A DNA stretch of 64,000 nt from a virus. Its lineage: Duplodnaviria; Caudoviricetes. This document shows, piece after piece, positions 43,183 to 51,944 of the stretch (positions are counted from its first letter, which is position 1; each line of letters begins with the position of its first letter). The stretch spans positions 3,924 to 67,923 of the IMG/VR virus record IMGVR_UViG_3300011435_000017; one strand, 5' to 3'. The notes under the pieces are model-generated. The model was not told where the DNA came from, did no database searches, and saw only the letters and a program-made list of their open reading frames with translations. Both the position numbers and the translations under genes were made by a program.

Positions 43183-44280
43183 TTAAGGCGTTACGACGGG
43201 CGTCCAAGCGCCCGGCTGCGTGTCATCTACGTCGGTCCACAACCCCGTCTGTGCATCGACGACCGGTACCCACGGTCCTGCGGGCGCAGCGGCAACCGGT
43301 GTCCAGCCGGGGGGCTGCGCGTCATCGACCGGCGTCCACGACCCGCCTTGATTGTCGTCCACGGGCTCCCACAGGAACCGCGCACTGAGGATGTCGATCA
43401 CCTCGGCGATCTCGACGATCTCGACCGACAGCACCAACCCGGCACCGTGCGCGTCGATGGCGCTCGCCTGCTCGTGCACGGCCATCGACAGCTCTTGCAC
43501 AAGCTCGGCGATGTCCTGCGCGCTCGCGCCCTCCAGCACGTCGAGCGGCAGAACGACCGAAGCAGACGACACGTCGGTGACGCTCGCCAGCTCTGTCAGG
43601 AACACCTCGTAGAACGCACCGCTGGTGAGGAAGTCCTGCCCGCTCGCCGTCTCGATGACGACGGCCGCGTAAGTCGGCGTGGCGCTGAACAGGTCCGCGA
43701 CCGCGGCCGCTTCGATGATGCTGGTCAGGAAGCTGACCACGCTGCTCGGGAAGTCCTGCACGCTGGCGCGCTCGACTGCGAGCGCTGCGAACGCTGCGAC
43801 GGCGCTGGTGATGTCCACCGCGCTCGCCGTCTCAAGGATCGACATCGGCAGCGTCAGCGCGGCGCTCGTGGTGTCGAGGCCGCTGGCGAGTTCCCTGACG
43901 GACATCGACAGCACGAGCGCGGCGCCGGGCACATCGACGATGGATGCGCGCTCGATCGCATCGACGTTGTACGTGCCGAACAGGCTCGTGAAGTCGAGGC
44001 CGCTGGCGCGCTCGATGGCGCTGCTCTGGAAGGTGGCGAGGGCGCTTGCGGTGTCGAGCCCGCTGGCACGTTCGAGGACCGCCGGGCTCGCGTACGTGGC
44101 GCTGGCCGTCGCCGTGTTGAGGATGCTCGCCTGTTCGAGGACCGCCGGGCTCGCGAACGTGCTGGGGCCTACGGCCGTGAGGTCGCGGCCGCTCGCCAGC
44201 TCGGTAGCCGCACCGTCATAGAGCCCCATGCTCCATCCGGTCTGCCCCCAGCCACCTGATCCCCAGCCACCCGATGCCAT
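43183..44280 (-). CDS. Repeat-rich structural protein (about 14 x 20-aa plus 6 x 11-aa repeats)
   Basis: x-E-x-AS-x-x-D recurs every ~20 aa; the C-terminus has W-x-PV-x-D repeats with period 11. Confidence 0.75.
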   Translation of the reverse strand: MASGGWGSGGWGQTGWSMGLYDGAATELASGRDLTAVGPSTFASPAVLEQASILNTATASATYASPAVLERASGLDTASALATFQSSAIERASGLDFTSLFGTYNVDAIERASIVDVPGAALVLSMSVRELASGLDTTSAALTLPMSILETASAVDITSAVAAFAALAVERASVQDFPSSVVSFLTSIIEAAAVADLFSATPTYAAVVIETASGQDFLTSGAFYEVFLTELASVTDVSSASVVLPLDVLEGASAQDIAELVQELSMAVHEQASAIDAHGAGLVLSVEIVEIAEVIDILSARFLWEPVDDNQGGSWTPVDDAQPPGWTPVAAAPAGPWVPVVDAQTGLWTDVDDTQPGAWTPVVTP

Positions 44281-44290
44281 GACAGCGTGC

Positions 44291-44866
44291 TCAAGTTGCC
44301 GTCAGCTCGAAGCGGTAGGTGACGTTGATGATGTCGCCGCTCGCCACGTTGCGATCGCCCGGAGCCTGCAGGTCCGATGCGGAGAACAGGATGCCGGTCG
44401 TGCCGCTCTTGGTGCTGTTCGAGATCAGGAACGCGCCACCAACGATGCTGCTGGCGTTGATGTTGAACACCGCAGGAGACGCGGCGTTGGTGATGACCGA
44501 GGGGTTCGCCGTCGTCGCAGCCGCGAAGGTCGCCGCCACGCGCGTCGCGTTGCTGTACGGCACCACCTCGGTCCAGCCTGCGTGCGAGGCCGACGTGTCG
44601 CCGGCAGCGGGCGTGTTCGATGCTGCCGCACCGTACAGCCCGATGAACCACGTCGCCGTGTACGCAGCACCGCTGAAGTACTTGTCGCACATGTCCTTGA
44701 GGCCGACATTGACGACGAGGTTCTCGGAGCGCAGCCCCCACTTGAGGTTGCCCTCAGAGTCGAAGCACTCCATCACGTAGTGGCCCTTCGCCGAAGCGAA
44801 GTCGTGCTCTCGTGCCCCCATGATCATCGCGGCCGCGACGACATCGTTGGCCTTGGAATTGTTCAT
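44291..44866 (-). CDS. Tail/collar structural protein, 191 aa
   Basis: W...NLVVNVG...W-x-IGL...GW-x-E...R-x-x-x-x-F...GAFL...G-x-LFSA, a common tail-protein pattern. Confidence 0.65.
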   Translation of the reverse strand: MNNSKANDVVAAAMIMGAREHDFASAKGHYVMECFDSEGNLKWGLRSENLVVNVGLKDMCDKYFSGAAYTATWFIGLYGAAASNTPAAGDTSASHAGWTEVVPYSNATRVAATFAAATTANPSVITNAASPAVFNINASSIVGGAFLISNSTKSGTTGILFSASDLQAPGDRNVASGDIINVTYRFELTAT

Positions 44867-45495
44867 CGCACCGTGTCCTTCACTTGTGGTGTGCGGAAGG
44901 TGTCTTGCCGCAGCTTGCCGTCACCGAGCTGCTTGAGCAGCACCATCGAATCCGTGAACATCTGCTGGTAGATCGCGATCACGTCCTGCTCTTCCTTGAT
45001 GAAGCGCGCAGCCTCCATCAGCACGCCGTTGAACAGCGCTCCCTCGAAGTTGTCGCCGAGCCATGACGTGCCTGCCGTGGAGATCGACTCCGGGTAGAAG
45101 CCGTAGTGCAGCTCGACCTCGTAGGGGAAGTCCGGCGTCGGCGCAAGGATGAACGTGTCCGCATCGAACTGCGCGTAGGCCCGCGGCCGGCCCTGCTCCG
45201 TCGGATTCGGGAACATGTCGCGCAGGTAGTTCACGTCCTTGTTGAGCGCGTAGAAGTACTCGCCCGTGACCGGCTCGACGACCGCCAGCGAATAGTTGTA
45301 GAGGAAGTCCGTCGGCAGCGAGAGGTATGGGTTGGCCATCGTCAGCACACCCATCTGGTTCTTGCGCAACGCGGGAATCTGCACGGCGTTGTAAATCTTC
45401 TCCTCGGCCTGCACCGTGAAGTTGATCATGTCGGTCGGCGCGAACGGATTCCCGATCGTGCTCTCAACCGCAGCAGTGAGTTCCGCGTAGTTCAC
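44863..45495 (-). CDS. Head-tail adaptor / tail tubular protein A-like
   Basis: MNY-x-EL...AE-x-x-IY...LP-x-DF...G-x-P-x-x-YA...APTPD-x-x-Y-x-VELHY...WL...L-x-x-G-x-L-x-EA. Confidence 0.7.
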   Translation of the reverse strand: MNYAELTAAVESTIGNPFAPTDMINFTVQAEEKIYNAVQIPALRKNQMGVLTMANPYLSLPTDFLYNYSLAVVEPVTGEYFYALNKDVNYLRDMFPNPTEQGRPRAYAQFDADTFILAPTPDFPYEVELHYGFYPESISTAGTSWLGDNFEGALFNGVLMEAARFIKEEQDVIAIYQQMFTDSMVLLKQLGDGKLRQDTFRTPQVKDTVR

Positions 45496-45498
45496 GGC

Positions 45499-45771
45499 TC
45501 AGAACGTCCCTTGGAAGTGCTTGCCCTTGGTGGCCGCGCCAGCGCCGCGCATCGTGCCGCCGCCCGTGGGCTTGACCTTGCGGCCCGCCTTCGGCAGCGC
45601 ACCCGGCGTGGCTTCCTTGCCGGAGCCCACCGTGATCGCACCGCCCTCGGCGAACTTGGGCTTCGCCTTGTTCGCCTTCGCGAACGGATTCGGGTTGTCG
45701 GAGCCCATCGCCGCCGGCTTCTTTGCGAAGGGCGTCATCGACTTGGGCAGGGACGAACGAGACGTGGCCAT
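45499..45771 (-). CDS. Small basic virion protein, 90 aa
   Basis: Lys/Pro/Gly-rich; contains FAEGG and ends RGAGAATKGKHFQGTF. Confidence 0.7.
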   Translation of the reverse strand: MATSRSSLPKSMTPFAKKPAAMGSDNPNPFAKANKAKPKFAEGGAITVGSGKEATPGALPKAGRKVKPTGGGTMRGAGAATKGKHFQGTF

Positions 45772-45780
45772 GTGGCTCTC

Positions 45781-46083
45781 CTAGGGGTTGTGCTCGGGCG
45801 CAGTGATCGGCGGCACCGGGTTGGGCACCGGGTCGGGGTTGAGCACGCGCGACGCGGCCATCGAAGGGTCGGGGCGGGGATCACGCAGCGCCTGCGGATC
45901 GAACACGGGCACTCGCCCCTGCCAGTTCTGCGGATGGTCAGGGTCCCAGCACGTCGGACACACGAGCACGCTGGTCTTGCGACCACCGACGTACTCGCTC
46001 TGGAGCTGTCCGAGCCGGTAGCGAAAGTTGCAGCGGTCGCAGAACCCGATCGCGTTCTTGCCGGAGGCGTAGGGGATGCTCAT
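45781..46083 (-). CDS. Zinc-finger structural-region protein
   Basis: CDRC...VCPTCWDPDHPQ...DPQALRDPRPD. Confidence 0.75.
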   Translation of the reverse strand: MSIPYASGKNAIGFCDRCNFRYRLGQLQSEYVGGRKTSVLVCPTCWDPDHPQNWQGRVPVFDPQALRDPRPDPSMAASRVLNPDPVPNPVPPITAPEHNP

Positions 46084-46760
46084 ATCGGCATCATCCTCGG
46101 CACGAAGCGCACGGGCGCCTTCTCGCGGTCTTCATCCGACGCGAAGCCCCACGCCTCGTCGTACTGCTCCTTGAGCATCTGGATGCGCGGCAGCGCCTCA
46201 GGGAACTTCATCGCCATCTGGTAGGCGAGCCCTGCGATCAGCGCCGGCACGAAGCGGAAGGGCACGTCCTCGGTGTTCAGGCCCGTGCCAGCGTCCTGCA
46301 GGCGACGCAGGCGCCAGTAGACCATCGTGTAGGGGATCGATGCGTCCGGCACCGGCCACAGCACGATCTTCTGCTGAATCTGCCGATCGACCCAGAGCTG
46401 GTACGGCCGACCCTGCGCCGTCTTGTTGGGGATCGTCATGTAGACCGACCCGCTGATGCGGTTGAGCACGAGGTCCGTCTCGTTGATACCCGTGCCCGTG
46501 CGGATCACTGCCTCGAACACGTCCACCGTGTCGAGGGCCATCAGGTACTCGGCAGTGCCTGCGACCAGCAGTTCCTCGACCTTCTCCAGCGTCCACAGGT
46601 TCAGACCGCGGTTCGCCCACTCCATGAGGAGCAGGTTCAGGCTCCGACGCGCGGTGCGGACCTGATGGCCCGCACGAATCTCAACGCCGCAACGCTCCCC
46701 GGCTTCCTCGATGATGTCGATTAGCTCGAAGTTCGCGATCGCGGTGCCGGAGGTGGCCAT
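46080..46760 (-). CDS. Head-tail connector / adaptor protein
   Basis: IIEEA-x-ERCG...TARRSLNLL-x-x-EWANRGLNLW...G-x-P-x-Q...LWPVPD...F-x-PAL-x-AGLAY. Confidence 0.7.
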   Translation of the reverse strand: MATSGTAIANFELIDIIEEAGERCGVEIRAGHQVRTARRSLNLLLMEWANRGLNLWTLEKVEELLVAGTAEYLMALDTVDVFEAVIRTGTGINETDLVLNRISGSVYMTIPNKTAQGRPYQLWVDRQIQQKIVLWPVPDASIPYTMVYWRLRRLQDAGTGLNTEDVPFRFVPALIAGLAYQMAMKFPEALPRIQMLKEQYDEAWGFASDEDREKAPVRFVPRMMPI

Positions 46761-46765
46761 CGGCC

Positions 46766-47413
46766 CTAGACCATCTTCCCGCGCGTCTTGCCGCGCTGCG
46801 CGATGCCGTCACCGCGGCCACCCACGCTGCCGCCCTTGGCGTACTTCTCGGGCACCTTGCCGCCCTTCTTCATCGCCATGCCGCCAGCGCGCGGGATCGG
46901 CGCACCGGGCATCACGCGGCCCGTGTTTCCGGCCGGCTGCGGCAGCATGCCGCTCGCGGGCGCACCCGGCATCACCGGAAGGCCCGGCCGCGGGCCCATC
47001 GAAGCGCTGCCGCCCATCGGACCGCCACCGGGAGGCATCGGGCCTGCCGGTGGCATCGGCCGAGCCGGCATTGCGCCCATCGATTGCGGACCGCCCATCG
47101 GCTGGAATGACTGCATGCCACCGGGCTGCGGTGCGCCCATCGGCACGCCCATCGCTGCCTGCTGCGCGGCGCCCTGCTTCCACTGCTCGAACCCTGCGGG
47201 GTTCGCGGCGACAGCACGCGGGTCGATGCCCGGCGGCAAGCCGCCGGCTGCCGACTTCATCGCAGCCATCTGAGAGAGCTGGGGGCCCGCCGGAGCGGCA
47301 CCGGGAGCCGCACCCATCGCCTGCGGGCGACCGGGCGGCATCGGCGTTGCTGGCCGGGCAGCAGGGGGCGCTGACCTTGCAGCGGGGACCGGGGTGGGTT
47401 TCCTGAGGGCCAT
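46766..47413 (-). CDS. Pro/Met/Gly-rich low-complexity protein with the C-terminal tag, 215 aa
   Basis: ATG at 47413 gives MALRKPTPVP; ends YAKGGSVGGRGDGIAQRGKTRGKMV. Confidence 0.75.
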   Translation of the reverse strand: MALRKPTPVPAARSAPPAARPATPMPPGRPQAMGAAPGAAPAGPQLSQMAAMKSAAGGLPPGIDPRAVAANPAGFEQWKQGAAQQAAMGVPMGAPQPGGMQSFQPMGGPQSMGAMPARPMPPAGPMPPGGGPMGGSASMGPRPGLPVMPGAPASGMLPQPAGNTGRVMPGAPIPRAGGMAMKKGGKVPEKYAKGGSVGGRGDGIAQRGKTRGKMV

Positions 47414-47414
47414 G

Positions 47415-48218
47415 TCACACCACCTTTCCGCGAGTCTTGCCCTTGCGGGCGCAGCCGTCGATCGAGCCGCCGCCGGCATAGCGCGCCGTCTTGGTGAAGT
47501 TCCGGTTGAAGTCTTCCGTGATCTCCGCGTCGCTCTTCGCCGCCGGCTTCCTGCGGCCCTCGTTGCCGTAGTCCGGCGCGGGCTCGGGCTTCGTCGCCGC
47601 GATCCGCTTCGCCGACTCCTCGCGCGCCGCCCGCTGGATGCCGCGCGCAGCGCCGTGCTCCGACGAAGAGCCGGCCCCGCCGCCGCGCAGCGCGTTAAAG
47701 GCCATCTCCGCGAAGCCGGTCGTGTCGCGGGGCTTCGCCGCTGCCGATGCCGCCTTGCCCTTGCCTTCGTTGCTGTAGATCGTCGTGGTCTTCTGTTCGA
47801 GCACGGGCTTGGGTGCCGCAGCAGCGGCCGCAGGAGCCCGACGGCGGGCCGGAACCGCAGCCGGTGAGGCTTCGGCCGCACTCGCGTCGCCAGCGCCTTC
47901 AGCGTCCTGCTGTGCCCGCCGCTTCGCGACCCACGCCATCGCACGCTCGCGCGTCGCGTCGTCGATCGATCCGCCCTCGGCGAACGGCTTGGCCTTCTTC
48001 TTGCCAAAGTTGAACGCACCGTGACCGACGAAGCGGCTCTTGCCGGCAGTGCCGGCTGAGCCACCACCCGATGAGCCGCCACCTGCAAGACCGTGCTCCT
48101 TCTTCTCGGCAGCGATCATCGACTTGGGCGCACCCTTGTCCTTCATGAACTTCAGCTCTTTGGCGACCTCGCCGCCCTTCGCGAAGGCCGGGCCGAGCTG
48201 ATCGAATTTCTTGCGCAT
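47415..48218 (-). CDS. Basic Ala/Lys-rich low-complexity protein with the C-terminal tag, 267 aa
   Basis: AGGAG RBS; four hydrophobic-A-x-GG motifs; ends YAGGGSIDGCARKGKTRGKVV. Confidence 0.8.
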   Translation of the reverse strand: MRKKFDQLGPAFAKGGEVAKELKFMKDKGAPKSMIAAEKKEHGLAGGGSSGGGSAGTAGKSRFVGHGAFNFGKKKAKPFAEGGSIDDATRERAMAWVAKRRAQQDAEGAGDASAAEASPAAVPARRRAPAAAAAAPKPVLEQKTTTIYSNEGKGKAASAAAKPRDTTGFAEMAFNALRGGGAGSSSEHGAARGIQRAAREESAKRIAATKPEPAPDYGNEGRRKPAAKSDAEITEDFNRNFTKTARYAGGGSIDGCARKGKTRGKVV

Positions 48219-48227
48219 GGTTGTCTC

Positions 48228-48500
48228 CTAGCCGACGAACATCGTGACACCGCTGATGGTGCCCGTGATCACGACGTAGATGCCTGCCGGGAACAGGATG
48301 CCGCCGCCGGGGATGACCACGTTCGACCCGCCGGCAGCCGCCGCGTCGAGCATCAGCAGCAGCGTGCCGCCGACTAGGCCGTTGCGGAACTCGACGCTGC
48401 CGACACCGCCCGCGGCCATGTAGACGCCGCGCAGCCGCACGCGGTTCGTGGTTGCTGCCCCCGAGGCTGCGACCCGGAGAAACGAGACATCGGAGTCCAT
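48228..48500 (-). CDS. Small Gly-rich virion protein
   Basis: R-x-RG-x-Y...IPGGGILF-x-x-GIYV pattern, located downstream of the capsid gene. Confidence 0.7.
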   Translation of the reverse strand: MDSDVSFLRVAASGAATTNRVRLRGVYMAAGGVGSVEFRNGLVGGTLLLMLDAAAAGGSNVVIPGGGILFPAGIYVVITGTISGVTMFVG

Positions 48501-48510
48501 GTCGGACCCC

Positions 48511-48762
48511 TTACGTCAGCGCTGCGCCGATGGCCGTGACCCATGCCACTCCGGTACTGACCACGAGGCAGAACTCGTTGTTGCCAGCGCCGTTGTCGTT
48601 GACCACTGCGACGGCGCCCGCGTTGGCCGGAGCCGCCGCGGGCAGCGACGAGGTGGAGATCGGGGTGAAGATGGCGCCGTAGCCGACGGCAACCGGGGGG
48701 ACGAGGACGCCGATGAATCCGTTCTCGGAAACGACCGGACCGTTGAAGGTGGTGCGTGCCAT
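48511..48762 (-). CDS. Head fibre/decoration-like protein, 83 aa
   Basis: MARTTFNGPVVSENGF N-terminus; C-terminal S-x-G-x-x-W. Confidence 0.65.
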   Translation of the reverse strand: MARTTFNGPVVSENGFIGVLVPPVAVGYGAIFTPISTSSLPAAAPANAGAVAVVNDNGAGNNEFCLVVSTGVAWVTAIGAALT

Positions 48763-48866
48763 AAAGCCTCACATGCGAGTAATGCGCGCTGTGTCTGCAT
48801 GTCGTCTGCCGGGCCAGTCGCAGCGCGAAGGGGATGAGTTCCCGGGGGCAGTCGTAGTCTGCCATG

Positions 48867-48894
48867 AAAAGGGGCCCCGCAGGGCCCCTTTTTT
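48867..48894. terminator. Bidirectional rho-independent terminator downstream of the major capsid gene
   Basis: AAAAGGGGCCC-CGCA-GGGCCCCTTTTTT. Confidence 0.9.
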
Positions 48895-48913
48895 GTGCAG
48901 CTTCGGACGCAGC

Positions 48914-49846
48914 TCAGGTCGCGCCGGCCGAGCCCCACATGCCGAGCGCATCGCTCCACCCGAACGAGTAGCGCTCGCGGGCCTTGTACCGGCAGTTGCC
49001 GGTGTCGAAGTCCTCGTCCATGCCGGTCTTGAGGGCGACACGGTTGAAGTGCTTCAGGCCGTTCGGCACGTCGGTCTTGATGAACCAAGCGTTCGTGTCG
49101 GTGAGGTAGTGATTCACCGTGTAGCCGCCCGGGATCGCCGACATGTTGCGGATCGCGTTGATGTCGTTGTCGGCAGTCGCGGTGCGACCCTCCGACTGCA
49201 ACAGACGCACCGCAACGAACTGGTACGACGGAGGCACGACCAGCTTGCGCGGCTGCGCCGCGATCAGCAGGCCGCGCTCATCGGTCCACGCCGCGATCTG
49301 GATGATCGCCGCCTCCAGCGATGTCTCGTTCATGTCCACGCCCGTGGGCGGGGAGTTGAAGTTGACGCCGCCGCCGACCAGCGGGTGTCCGACGCGGGTT
49401 GCCGCGGCATTGACGCCGAACAGCGACACGCCGTCGCCGCCGAGGAAGGCGCCGTTGAACCCGTTGTTGAGAATCGCCGCACCCTTCACCTGCTTGGTGT
49501 AGGCCATCGCTCGCGCGAGGGCCTTGGTGTAGCGCGCCGAGAGCGAGTCGTAGAGGTTGTCCTCGACGGCTTCCTCGGTGACGCTGAACCCGAGCGCGAT
49601 CGTCTCGTGGATGTAGCGCGAGGTGAACGCTTCCTGCGCGGTGTCGTAGCTGAGAGCGTCGCCCTCGGCCTTGACCGGTGCGGCGCCGAAGCCCGAGAGC
49701 TTCACCTCTTCCTCGAACGAGCGCTCGGAGTTCTCCGTCTCGAAGATGTCCTTGTGCTCTTCCGGGTACTGCTTGTATTCCAGACCGAACAGTGCGTTCA
49801 GCCCGGGAAGCAGCTCCTTCATCAGTTGTGCGCGTGAGATGGCCAT
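48914..49846 (-). CDS. Major capsid protein
   Basis: 310 aa starting MAISRAQLMKELLPGLNALFGLEY; lies after scaffold/decoration genes and before a strong terminator; ends RERYSFGWSD...GS-x-G. Confidence 0.88.
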   Translation of the reverse strand: MAISRAQLMKELLPGLNALFGLEYKQYPEEHKDIFETENSERSFEEEVKLSGFGAAPVKAEGDALSYDTAQEAFTSRYIHETIALGFSVTEEAVEDNLYDSLSARYTKALARAMAYTKQVKGAAILNNGFNGAFLGGDGVSLFGVNAAATRVGHPLVGGGVNFNSPPTGVDMNETSLEAAIIQIAAWTDERGLLIAAQPRKLVVPPSYQFVAVRLLQSEGRTATADNDINAIRNMSAIPGGYTVNHYLTDTNAWFIKTDVPNGLKHFNRVALKTGMDEDFDTGNCRYKARERYSFGWSDALGMWGSAGAT

Positions 49847-49876
49847 TTCGTTTGCTCCTTGTTGCTGACGGCTGGG

Positions 49877-50482
49877 TCAGATACCGACAGCGTTGAGGTA
49901 GCTGTGATGACCCGGGTTGAACTTCACGAGCACGTCGGCGAACAGATCGCCGACGGGCGAGACGAGCGCCACGACGCGAAGGGCTGCGTTCGTCGCGACC
50001 ACCGTCGATTCCAGCGCCGACGTGGAGTTGCCCGTCGTCGTGCTGCCCGTGCTGGTGGACTGCACCGCCGCCATGAAGGTGTTGGCACCGATCATCGCCT
50101 GCGCAGCCACGCCGTCCATCTGTGCTTGGAAGAGCACATCAGGATCGGTGACGACCTTGGCCTTGATCTTCGTGCCGGTGGGGGCGACATACCCGCTGGG
50201 GTAGTACTGCGAGAAGATGAGCTGGCCCTGCGCGTTGACGAACGAGCAGCCCACGAAGACACCGATGGTGCCCGCCGGGAACGCATTCGTGGTGCCGTCG
50301 GCGCCAGTGGCCGTGACGATGTTGATGTAGCCCGTGGTGATAAGGGCGACGATCGAGCCGTTGTAGATGTTCGCCGCGTAACCCGCAGGGTCGATCTCCA
50401 ACTCGGTGACGGCGCCCGCATAGGGCAGGCCGTCCATACGCTTGACGGGGCGAAGCCCGTACGGGGTAGCCGTTGCTGACAT
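49877..50482 (-). CDS. Capsid decoration/cement-like protein
   Basis: PYGLRPV...I-x-x-G-x-x-V...GVF-x-GC...V-x-x-DPD-x-x-F-x-x-Q; immediately upstream of the major capsid gene. Confidence 0.65.
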   Translation of the reverse strand: MSATATPYGLRPVKRMDGLPYAGAVTELEIDPAGYAANIYNGSIVALITTGYINIVTATGADGTTNAFPAGTIGVFVGCSFVNAQGQLIFSQYYPSGYVAPTGTKIKAKVVTDPDVLFQAQMDGVAAQAMIGANTFMAAVQSTSTGSTTTGNSTSALESTVVATNAALRVVALVSPVGDLFADVLVKFNPGHHSYLNAVGI

Positions 50483-50491
50483 GGTTGTTCC

Positions 50492-50956
50492 TTAAGTTCC
50501 GTTGCCGAAAGAGCTGCCGCGGGTCGTCTTGCTCTTGCGCTGGACGAACAGTGGCATCCGGGGGTCGTTGTTGCGCATGAGAGCCGCGTCCACCGACTGC
50601 ATCTGCTTGCGGGCCTGATCGGCGAAGTACGCTTGGCGCGCAACCACCTTGGCCGTGGGCATCTTGCAGAGCATCAGGCCACCGATCTCGACGTTGCCTG
50701 ACGGACCAGCCGGCAGCTCCATCTCGGGGTGGTCCACCGCCTTGACCGGAATCCAGCCCTCGCGAAGCCTCTTGCTCACGTTGGTCGGATCGGCCACCCC
50801 AAGGACGTGCGTGGCCACCCAGTGAAAGGTGAACCCCGCCTCGGGATTGGGGACAGGCAGCGTGCTCGGGGGCACGTAGGACTCTTCACGAACTTCTTCA
50901 GCGCGTGTCTCGGTTTCACGCGGGTTACGAGGGGCTGCGGACGGTGTTGCGCTCAT
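50492..50956 (-). CDS. Conserved head-region protein, 154 aa
   Basis: LP-x-P...F-x-W...D-x-x-NVSKRLREGW-x-PV...GGL-x-LCKMP. Confidence 0.7.
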   Translation of the reverse strand: MSATPSAAPRNPRETETRAEEVREESYVPPSTLPVPNPEAGFTFHWVATHVLGVADPTNVSKRLREGWIPVKAVDHPEMELPAGPSGNVEIGGLMLCKMPTAKVVARQAYFADQARKQMQSVDAALMRNNDPRMPLFVQRKSKTTRGSSFGNGT

Positions 50957-51933
50957 TTCTGCTCCAGACGCACGACTTCGAGTGCGTATTGCTGCGGGGT
51001 GAGGCCGAACTTCTTCGCCAACGCGATCTGCGTCTGCGTGAGCTTGACCTTGGTGACGCCACCGACGGTGCGGGAAGCCGGAGCTACCGGACTCGTGGGG
51101 CGCGTGCGCTGCGTGGAGCGAGTGTCGTCACCGGTGGGTGCGGCCCCGAAGAAATCGGGAAACACCTCGCGAAGCCGGCCATCGACCTTTTCGTAGTACT
51201 CATCCGAGCGAGGATCAACGCCCGACTTCACCAGCTTCTGGTGGAAGCCCAGCGCGAAGCTGGTCATGTCCTCGTTCCCGTCTGAGCCGAACCACTGGTT
51301 TTTTGCCTGCCAGCGCAGGGTCTTTTGATCGACAGGTTCTTCAGCCGGGCCGCTTACTGCCGGCAGTTGTACCTCAGTTTCTTCCGGCTGTACAGCCCGC
51401 GGCCGGTACCGCTCGATTTCCCTGAGTTGAATTTTCGCTTCGAGGAGCTTCTCCTGTGCCGCCATCTCGGCGTCGGGATCGAACGCCTCCTTGGCCGCGA
51501 GCACCTCCTTGCGCGCGGCCGCGAGCGCCGCCTCGGCGTTGGCCTTCGACGCGGCGACGAGGTGCGTCTCGCCATCGACCGTGCGCTGCTGCAGGGCCCG
51601 GTTCTGCGTGAGCAGGGCCTGCGCTGCGCGTGTCGCCTCGTCGCGCTCGCGCTCCGCAGTCTCGCGGGCCCGGCGCTCATCGTGGCGTGCGTGCGTCAGC
51701 TCGCTGAAGCGCGCCTTGACGCCGGCCGAATACGTGGACAGCTCGTCGTCGGTCGGGTCCTTGACCTCGCGGCCGAGCGGCTTGCGGCCCCGGTCCTTCT
51801 CCGGCGTGTCGTCGATGATTTCAACGTCGTCGAGGTTCACGTCCTTGTCATGGCCGTTGGCCTTCGACTTGACTGCACCACCTTCAGCGGCGCCGTCGAT
51901 CGTGACTTCTTCGTCACTTGCATCAGTGTCCAT
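50953..51933 (-). CDS. Scaffolding protein
   Basis: Acidic N-terminus, long coiled coil, W-x-x-x-N-x-WFG, and C-terminal L-T-x-x-Q-x-x-x-A-x-x-x-G-x-x-x-x-x-YA; lies between portal and capsid genes. Confidence 0.7.
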   Translation of the reverse strand: MDTDASDEEVTIDGAAEGGAVKSKANGHDKDVNLDDVEIIDDTPEKDRGRKPLGREVKDPTDDELSTYSAGVKARFSELTHARHDERRARETAERERDEATRAAQALLTQNRALQQRTVDGETHLVAASKANAEAALAAARKEVLAAKEAFDPDAEMAAQEKLLEAKIQLREIERYRPRAVQPEETEVQLPAVSGPAEEPVDQKTLRWQAKNQWFGSDGNEDMTSFALGFHQKLVKSGVDPRSDEYYEKVDGRLREVFPDFFGAAPTGDDTRSTQRTRPTSPVAPASRTVGGVTKVKLTQTQIALAKKFGLTPQQYALEVVRLEQK

Positions 51934-51944
51934 CTACCTCTCCT

